64,000 bases of DNA from a virus. A model generated the notes under the pieces. It was not told the origin of the DNA and searched no databases. It saw only the letters and a list, made by a program, of their open reading frames with translations. Positions 57,448 through 64,000 of this stretch are shown here, in pieces. The stretch covers positions 14,947 to 78,946 of IMG/VR virus record IMGVR_UViG_3300035034_001897. The stretch is one strand, 5' to 3'. The number at the start of each line of letters is the position of its first letter. The stretch's first letter is position 1. The translations under genes were made by a program, and so were the position numbers.

Positions 57448-57954
57448 ATGGAAATATTAGAATTTATTCAACAAGACAAATACTTCATTGCAGATGACAA
57501 CTCTGTAATATGCACCAACAATCAAATGAGTATCACAATTGATGTTGGTGGATATTATCCAGAAATAGTTCAGAGCTTAGATGTAACTAAAGAGATGATT
57601 AATGATGCGTGCTTTATGAGTGTGAGTCAGTTTACTAAAAAGTATTCAGACAAAGTAAAGCCGAACAATCCACTATCATCTAAAATGGTATTTCACTCTC
57701 TAAGAGATTTAATCGTTGATGAGAAGATGCCAGTATATAAGCGCAAAAAGAAGAGTAAAAAAACAAAAAGTATTAGAGAGAAAAAACCAACTTACGTTGT
57801 AGTTGACGATCCTAGTGGACAGAAACCGATGACTAGGAAGGAGCAGGTCAACTACTACTTACAGTTAGGAATTGAATCTGCAACAGAAATTGCCAACCTT
57901 ATTGGCAGTAATCCATCGTACGTATCTCAACTTATCAAAAAAATCAATGGATAG
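57448..57954 (+). CDS. Protein with C-terminal HTH
   Basis: SATEIANLIGSNPSYVSQLIKK. Confidence 0.6.
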   Translation: MEILEFIQQDKYFIADDNSVICTNNQMSITIDVGGYYPEIVQSLDVTKEMINDACFMSVSQFTKKYSDKVKPNNPLSSKMVFHSLRDLIVDEKMPVYKRKKKSKKTKSIREKKPTYVVVDDPSGQKPMTRKEQVNYYLQLGIESATEIANLIGSNPSYVSQLIKKING

Positions 57955-58579
57955 CAGATTAAAAAAAATTGCTGGAGATTTGTTAGACAAAGATTTTAGT
58001 CAACACGACGAAAATCAAATAAAGTCTGAACTACAATTATTTATCAAAAACGAAGGTGGAGAAGATTTATTGATCGATGATGAGTTTACTACTCTAATAG
58101 AACTTACTTGTGTGTTTGGAGGATTTGATTTTGACGAAACACTTCATCAAGTTAATGACATACTCAATTCACAAGCTCCTACATACAAGAGAACAGGCAA
58201 AGTGCTCACTCCCAAGAGTAATAATAAACATAAAAGCATTATACAGAAGATAGGTGATGATATTTGCAATATGCATTTAGATTTGCATTGGGAATTTAAA
58301 GATAAAGGTATTTGCTTTATAGATCGAGTGAATGTAGTATTCTCGTTTGAGCATCTTCGTCAAATAGAAGGAATGCCGAATGAGTATAGTGGCAATGTGA
58401 TTCTTAACCGAATAAAAACTCAACAACAGTTAGAATCTACGATCGATCCTCGATATATCAATAAGAAGTGGGTATTCTTAGGAAAACATAATAGATGTGA
58501 TGGTAGATACTTCACAGTAACTGAATTAATGGATTTGATATCTAATCGTAAAATAATAACATTCGATCAATATGAGTAA
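57947..58579 (+). CDS. Hypothetical protein
   Basis: Start set at ATG 57947 (MDSRLKK). Confidence 0.6.
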   Translation: MDSRLKKIAGDLLDKDFSQHDENQIKSELQLFIKNEGGEDLLIDDEFTTLIELTCVFGGFDFDETLHQVNDILNSQAPTYKRTGKVLTPKSNNKHKSIIQKIGDDICNMHLDLHWEFKDKGICFIDRVNVVFSFEHLRQIEGMPNEYSGNVILNRIKTQQQLESTIDPRYINKKWVFLGKHNRCDGRYFTVTELMDLISNRKIITFDQYE

Positions 58580-61500
58580 ATTTCAAGTGTGGATGCACAA
58601 CAACTTTATAGATTTTGAAGAACTGTCTTTAAATACCTATAAAACGTCAATTGGTAAAGTATATGTGTTGCCATATAAAGAGTGTTTAACGTCAGTAGAG
58701 GGAGAGGTAAATTTAATATTAACGTATGATATCTGTGAAAGAATCCTCAATCAAACGATTGATTATGTAGCGTTTATGTTTGGAGACGATTTTTTCTACA
58801 CTCCAACCAATAAAATCACAGCAATTAAACTTACTCCATTCAAATATATTGGATTATATGAAGGATACTTACCAAAAGACACTTTAACGCATTCATTTTT
58901 AGGACTTCACGGAAGATATGAGTTGATGAATGGAACTAGAGATTATAAAGATTGGTGCAATAAAGCTACATTTTTACAATACAATACTTTAGGTATATGT
59001 GAAAAGAATACATTAGCTGGAACCTTACCTTTTCAAATACAATGCAATAAAGCAAAACTCAAAGCGATAATAGGTTACACTGCAGAGGTAGAAAATATGG
59101 ATGGTTTGAGATACGACCTGAAATTGTATTGCGTTGAGTATATTGGATGGAAGAATCTTCTTGCAATTAATAAAATCATAAACATTGATCAAGAAGGATA
59201 TATAGAAGAGGTGCAGATTGCTGAACTATTAGAAGGTCTTTGTGTAGTAGTTTCACCAGGAACGCACGTAAATAAATCAATGCTAGTAGCGTACAAAAGA
59301 AGTGCTGACAAATGCTTATTTCAAATTACTACAAATGAATTTACATCAGACAGCAAAGATAAAGATGCGTTAGTATCAATGAAAGATTATATCGATCATT
59401 ATTCAGAAGTCGTTGACTGTGTTTTGATTAGTGATGCGTATTGCCTTGATTATGAAGATGTTCACGTTAAAGATATTTTAAATAAACAAGGGAATACTAA
59501 ATTTACAAACTCTACAGAAAATCACTACCTACGTAGTTTTGAAGAAATTGTTGGAGAGTTTGAGCAGCTTTTTGATCCTAATGATGAAAGATTTGGTCAA
59601 ATATGGAATAAAGGTCTTCAAGGAATAAAGTGGATCACTACAAACTGCAATTATCAAATCAACACAAAAGAGCTGTTTCTCCCTAAGTATGAAATGACTC
59701 AAGAAGAGATTGTTGAGTACGGAACGTCAGATAGAATGTTTGAAGTATTAATTTATGACGGACTTGCTGACAAGTTTAATGAAGATATAAATGGACCAAA
59801 TGGCGATCAGGCATTTGATGAGTTGAAAGAGCGAATTGAAATGGAGCGTGATGTAATCACTAGAGGAGGCTTTATCGACTATTTTCTAATTCTATGGGAC
59901 ATTGTTAATTGGTGTAGAAAAGAAAATATACAAGTAGGTCCAGGTAGGGGTTCAGCAGCAGGATGTTTAATCTCATATACATTAGGAATTGTAAAAATTA
60001 ACCCTCTTGAGTTTGGATTAATTTTTGAACGCTTCTTAAATGAATCACGTATTACCAGCGAATTGCCTGATATTGACTTAGATTTTGCGTCAGACAGAAG
60101 AGATGATGTGATTGAATATATGAGACAGCGTTATGGCTCAGAGTATGTATGTAGAGTTGGCACTTACGGCACATTACAAATGAGAGGTGTAATCAAAGAA
60201 CTTGCACGAGCATACAATTATAACGGAGAATACAACCTTAACTTCTTAACTTCATTGATTTCGAGCAATGACGATTGGAGTCATTTATTTCAAGATGCAC
60301 TAACCAATCGTGCTCTAAAGAACTTAATTGAAGACAATCCAGATATCGTATATGATAGCAATATTATACTCAATGCTATCAAATCAAAAGGAATGCACGC
60401 TTGTGCAACAATCATTGTTCCTAAATTGGTAGATGACGAAGGTCAACCATTATCAATATATCAACAGATTCCTGTACGAATTGATGATGGAGTGTTGGTG
60501 AGTGAGTGGGAAGGTGATATTATGGCTGATGCTGGATTCTTAAAAGAAGATATTTTATCAACTAAACAAATGGCTAAGATTGGTAAAATCTTTGATTTAG
60601 TTAAGGAAAGAATTAATATTCAGCTAGATATGGAAGAAATTCCATTAGACGATGATGCTGTATATAGCTTATTTAAGCAAGGATATAATCAAGACGTATT
60701 TCACTTTGGTTCAGTTGGATTAACGAACTATCTTCGTCAAGTAAAACCAGACAATATTGATGAGTTAATTGCTTGTATTGCACTATATAGACCTGGTGCA
60801 ATGGCATCAAATGCTCACATTGACTATATAAAACTCAAAAAAGGAGAGATTGAACCTATCTATGATTTTCAATTACAAGGAGTAACACAAGATACGTACG
60901 GATTGTACATTTACCAAGAGCAAATTATGAAAGCGGTGCAAGTGTTAGGAGACTTTACGTTAGCAGAAGCAGATGGAGTTAGAAAAGCGATGGGAAAGAA
61001 GATTCAGTCTAAAATGGATGGATATAAAGTGCAGTTTGTAGATAAAGCAGTTGAAAAAGGGTGTGAAGTTAGTGAAGCAGAAGGAATATGGAATAAGATG
61101 GAGGTGTTTGCTGGATATGGATTCAACAAATCTCACGCAGCAGCATATAGTGTAATTGGTTACTATTGTAATTGGCTAAAACATTATTATCCACTTGAAT
61201 TCTGGACAGTAGCATTTGAATTTGCAGATGACAAGAAGATAATGAATTATGTTAATGAGATTAGTAAGATGGGTAATATCCAGATTGTATCTCCAGACAT
61301 AAATAAAAGTGAATTTGAGTTTCGATCAGATGCAGACGCTAATAAGATATATTGGAATCTTAGTAGTATAAAGTTTGTGGGAGCAGTTGCTTCACAAGAA
61401 GTAATAAATGAACGTGCAAAAAATGGAAAATATTTTAGTATTGAAGAGTTCGTTGAACGTACAGAAGGAAAAGGTGTAAATAAAAGAGTTGTTGAAAATC

Positions 61501-62090
61501 TAATAATTGCAGGATGTTTTGATGAAATGTATAAGATCAAAACGGTTAGTGATAGGTTTGTAGTAATGAATAAGTTCTATGAGACAAGAAAAGAAGACAT
61601 TCCTAAACAATTTATAGATAACAGATCAACCGATCATTACTGGTCAATCAAGCAGAGTGATGTTAGTAAGTTAAGTAACTTAGACTACACTAAACTTCTA
61701 CACGCATCAATATTCAAATCACACATAAAAGATTACGTATCGTCTGAGGAGTTTATCGAATTAGAGTGTGGAGAGAAGAAGGGTCCAGTTAAAATTATTG
61801 CAGGAATGATTGAAGAAATAATTGTTCGTAAAACGAAAAAAGATCGCAAAGAATATGCTGTAATTACACTTCAACAAGGAGATAGTCAGTCGTCAATTAG
61901 AGTGTGGCCACAACAATTATCTAATGAAGGAAACGATCCTAGATTAATCCCTTTACAGCTTCTAATTAAAAATCAAGAAAGTAGGTTAGCTATATTTAGA
62001 GGAGAGGTTAAGTTCAACTCGTACACTAACGGAAACGAGATGGTTTTATCAGATAGGTTGAGTGGTCCTATTGTAGAACTTTTTCGATAA
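58572..62090 (+). CDS. dnaE: Family C DNA polymerase (Pol III alpha-like)
   Basis: PHP domain, GPGRGSAAG, FERFLN, PDIDLDF, ALYRPG, YQEQIM, YGFNKSHAAAY, C-terminal OB fold. Confidence 0.95.
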   Translation: MSKFQVWMHNNFIDFEELSLNTYKTSIGKVYVLPYKECLTSVEGEVNLILTYDICERILNQTIDYVAFMFGDDFFYTPTNKITAIKLTPFKYIGLYEGYLPKDTLTHSFLGLHGRYELMNGTRDYKDWCNKATFLQYNTLGICEKNTLAGTLPFQIQCNKAKLKAIIGYTAEVENMDGLRYDLKLYCVEYIGWKNLLAINKIINIDQEGYIEEVQIAELLEGLCVVVSPGTHVNKSMLVAYKRSADKCLFQITTNEFTSDSKDKDALVSMKDYIDHYSEVVDCVLISDAYCLDYEDVHVKDILNKQGNTKFTNSTENHYLRSFEEIVGEFEQLFDPNDERFGQIWNKGLQGIKWITTNCNYQINTKELFLPKYEMTQEEIVEYGTSDRMFEVLIYDGLADKFNEDINGPNGDQAFDELKERIEMERDVITRGGFIDYFLILWDIVNWCRKENIQVGPGRGSAAGCLISYTLGIVKINPLEFGLIFERFLNESRITSELPDIDLDFASDRRDDVIEYMRQRYGSEYVCRVGTYGTLQMRGVIKELARAYNYNGEYNLNFLTSLISSNDDWSHLFQDALTNRALKNLIEDNPDIVYDSNIILNAIKSKGMHACATIIVPKLVDDEGQPLSIYQQIPVRIDDGVLVSEWEGDIMADAGFLKEDILSTKQMAKIGKIFDLVKERINIQLDMEEIPLDDDAVYSLFKQGYNQDVFHFGSVGLTNYLRQVKPDNIDELIACIALYRPGAMASNAHIDYIKLKKGEIEPIYDFQLQGVTQDTYGLYIYQEQIMKAVQVLGDFTLAEADGVRKAMGKKIQSKMDGYKVQFVDKAVEKGCEVSEAEGIWNKMEVFAGYGFNKSHAAAYSVIGYYCNWLKHYYPLEFWTVAFEFADDKKIMNYVNEISKMGNIQIVSPDINKSEFEFRSDADANKIYWNLSSIKFVGAVASQEVINERAKNGKYFSIEEFVERTEGKGVNKRVVENLIIAGCFDEMYKIKTVSDRFVVMNKFYETRKEDIPKQFIDNRSTDHYWSIKQSDVSKLSNLDYTKLLHASIFKSHIKDYVSSEEFIELECGEKKGPVKIIAGMIEEIIVRKTKKDRKEYAVITLQQGDSQSSIRVWPQQLSNEGNDPRLIPLQLLIKNQESRLAIFRGEVKFNSYTNGNEMVLSDRLSGPIVELFR

Positions 62091-62093
62091 AAG

Positions 62094-62126
62094 GTTGGTC
62101 GTTGATATAAAAGTAGTATCTTTATG
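62094..62126 (+). promoter_or_regulatory. Class A promoter copy
   Basis: gttggtcgttgatataaaagtagtatctttatg. Confidence 0.72.
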
Positions 62127-62160
62127 ATATAATTGTAAATCACTTAAAAATCGTAAAAGT

Positions 62161-62919
62161 ATGGAAGCATTAGTAAAATTTACCAAAGAAGGTTTAGATA
62201 AAAAAGAAGACGCTCAATTGCGTCAGATTCTAAGAAGAGAGTTCCAATTCTCTAAAGGAACGAGTGTAATGACTAAAGATCAATTAGTCGATCAAATCCT
62301 AACATTAGTTAAAGATAAAAAAGACGTTGTTGAAGATAACAGTGGCATAGATATGGCTTTGATTCATAAAGATGCTATGGGAAATGATTGGAGAATCGAA
62401 AAAATCGAAAATAATGTAGTGTACATTAAAAATGAGTCGAATTTTACGACCAATATAGGATTGGTTGCATTTCAGTATTCATTCAATGCGACTAAATACA
62501 GTAAATTCTCATCAGAAGTAAATCCTCCAGAAACGCAAGGAGAGAGTGTAATTGAAGAAGAGGGTGTAATTGGTGAAGATGACGCTGCAATAACAATTGA
62601 TCAGCCTACAATAGATGCACAAGAAGTTGTGCCACAAATAGAAGAAAAAGAAGTTGTGAAAGAGGATGAGGTGGTACCTACAACAGTAACAACACCCACT
62701 CCAAAAGTAGATGAGCCAAAGAAAGATGTTCCTAAAGAGAAAACTTTTAGTAAGAGCGATTTAACTAGAAGAATTATTCGTGAACAATATGCAGATCCTA
62801 AGATCAAAATGACATCAGGAACTGTGATGAAAGCATTGAAGGAGAAACACAAGCTAGATATTCACAGAAGTTTCTGCTCAACATTAATTGCGCAGTACAA
62901 AAAAGCGAAAGAAGACTAA
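62161..62919 (+). CDS. Hypothetical protein with acidic/Thr-Pro linker and possible C-terminal HTH
   Basis: ORF track; behind a class A promoter. Confidence 0.65.
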   Translation: MEALVKFTKEGLDKKEDAQLRQILRREFQFSKGTSVMTKDQLVDQILTLVKDKKDVVEDNSGIDMALIHKDAMGNDWRIEKIENNVVYIKNESNFTTNIGLVAFQYSFNATKYSKFSSEVNPPETQGESVIEEEGVIGEDDAAITIDQPTIDAQEVVPQIEEKEVVKEDEVVPTTVTTPTPKVDEPKKDVPKEKTFSKSDLTRRIIREQYADPKIKMTSGTVMKALKEKHKLDIHRSFCSTLIAQYKKAKED

Positions 62920-63449
62920 TGAATGAAAACGATGAAGTTGTAAACGTTCATTTCAATAATAAGATCATCAAACTCCATTTCAAGGGGTTTGATGATATTA
63001 TTGATATTGACCAATTGACCAAAATCGATTACAGCAACTTGTATGCTGAATTGATTACGATATCTGCTCTAATGAATAGAGTAGGATTGTTGAAAGCACA
63101 AGCAGACAATGCACAAGCAGAATCTAGACTTGAAAGAAATATAGAAATGGCTCGAATAGGAGCATCTACTCGTCAAAATGCAAAAACTTCTTCTGAAAAA
63201 ACAGTAGGAGCAATTAATGAGGCTGTGATACTTAATCCAGAATATCAAAGATTGCAGCGTGCAAGAATTAGAAAAGGTAAAGAAGCTGCCTACCTCGATT
63301 CTTTGTATTGGGCTGTTAAAAGTAAGGAAAAGAAGCTGGATCGTATTGGAGAAAAGATGAATTTGACGCCACAAGAGTTTGAGAAAAACTTGGTAGAAGG
63401 TGTTTGGAATGGAATCCTCATCAATGCAAGTAAAAAATTAATAAATTAA
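62919..63449 (+). CDS. UvsY-like recombination mediator (coiled coil)
   Basis: KTVGAINEAVILNPEY...YLDSLYWAVKSK pattern; next to the SSB gene. Confidence 0.55.
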   Translation: MNENDEVVNVHFNNKIIKLHFKGFDDIIDIDQLTKIDYSNLYAELITISALMNRVGLLKAQADNAQAESRLERNIEMARIGASTRQNAKTSSEKTVGAINEAVILNPEYQRLQRARIRKGKEAAYLDSLYWAVKSKEKKLDRIGEKMNLTPQEFEKNLVEGVWNGILINASKKLIN

Positions 63450-63583
63450 TATCTCAGCGTTATAATGCGAATGCAATAATCTTCGGAGTTTTGAAAGTGT
63501 TCACCGAATGAAAAATAAACTTTCCTTTAATGAGACAATCGATCTAATAAGATCTTCGTAATAATTAATTTAATCTATATTTT

Positions 63584-64000
63584 ATGTCAAAGTTTGATCG
63601 CAGCGCATTCGCTGCAACAAAAGTAACTGATTTACAGAGTCAGCAAGAAAAAGTCAAGGAATTGACTCAAAGATTCCCAGACAAAATAGCATATCTTAGC
63701 TTCAAAAAAGGTAAGAATAAAATGAGAATTTTTCCAGCACATCCAGGAACTACCTCATTTGCTTATGCTAAAACTGTTCACTTTCTAACGTTAGAAAGTA
63801 AGGATAAAGACGGAAACCCAATCAAAGATGATAATGGGAACGTTGAAAAGAAAAGACGTCCAGTATTTAATGCTAAGGTTCACGCTGGATTTCCAGAAGG
63901 AGTTTCTCCAAACGATGTAATCGATGAGTACATCTAAGAGTGTATCAACAAGCAAACGATATGTTTCAAGATGACGATCAGCGCAAGAAATATTTAGCGC
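63584..64000 (+). CDS. Single-stranded DNA-binding protein (gp32-like), 3'-truncated; frame break at ~63935
   Basis: KKGKNKMRIFPAHP..HF pattern. After TAA 63937 the -1 frame continues RVYQQANDMFQDDDQRKKYLA to the window end. Confidence 0.6.

Noticed and set aside
46677-62090. Inteins in terminase, helicase or DnaE
   Set aside because: Lengths are normal, and no C/S...HN-C/S/T splice junctions or LAGLIDADG blocks are seen.
3524-62126. CRISPR array or mini-array from the repeated 35-bp motif
   Set aside because: Copies are single, kilobases apart and sit at promoter distance from starts; there is no repeat-spacer periodicity.
613-63374. Numerous short minus-strand and alternate-frame ORFs in the ORF track
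   Set aside because: They lie fully within well-supported + strand genes and read as antisense shadows (S/F/L/I-rich).
1-64000. Stop-codon reassignment (alternative genetic code)
   Set aside because: Long genes are intact in code 11. The breaks are repaired by frame changes, not readthrough (except the single 36440 case), and TAG/TGA serve as real stops.

Overview
This 64 kb window is AT-rich and almost entirely + strand. It is part of a large lytic myovirus genome with an SPO1/Twort-like virion module: portal, MuF-type head protein, protease-scaffold, major capsid, neck, sheath, tube, tape measure, lysozyme-hub, baseplate and fibres. The host is probably a Bacteroidota (Flavobacteriia-like) bacterium. 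The evidence is TTG-N19-21-TAnnTTTA promoters, AT-rich starts without Shine-Dalgarno sequences, and Sec signal peptides ending before Gln. The right third holds the replication genes (DnaQ-like exonuclease, DnaB helicase, primase, DnaE-type polymerase, UvsY-like, SSB), with the large terminase embedded among them, plus a 7-deazaguanine DNA-modification cluster. Three main candidates for undescribed biology stand out. (1) At least six unrelated proteins share an N-terminal leader ending in hydrophobic-x-K-G. The same motif is repeated in the prohead protease/scaffold, portal and capsid, which suggests a modular capsid-packaging tag for injected cargo. (2) The deazaguanine cluster has no QueC in the window but has a DpdL-type decarboxylase fused to a P-loop kinase, next to a purine phosphoribosyltransferase. 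This suggests a nucleotide-level route to 7-deaza-dGTP. (3) An unassigned ~165-nt highly structured intergenic RNA lies at 5641-5805. Several single-base frame breaks are present and may be sequencing errors. All family assignments come from motif recognition by eye; no database searches were run.
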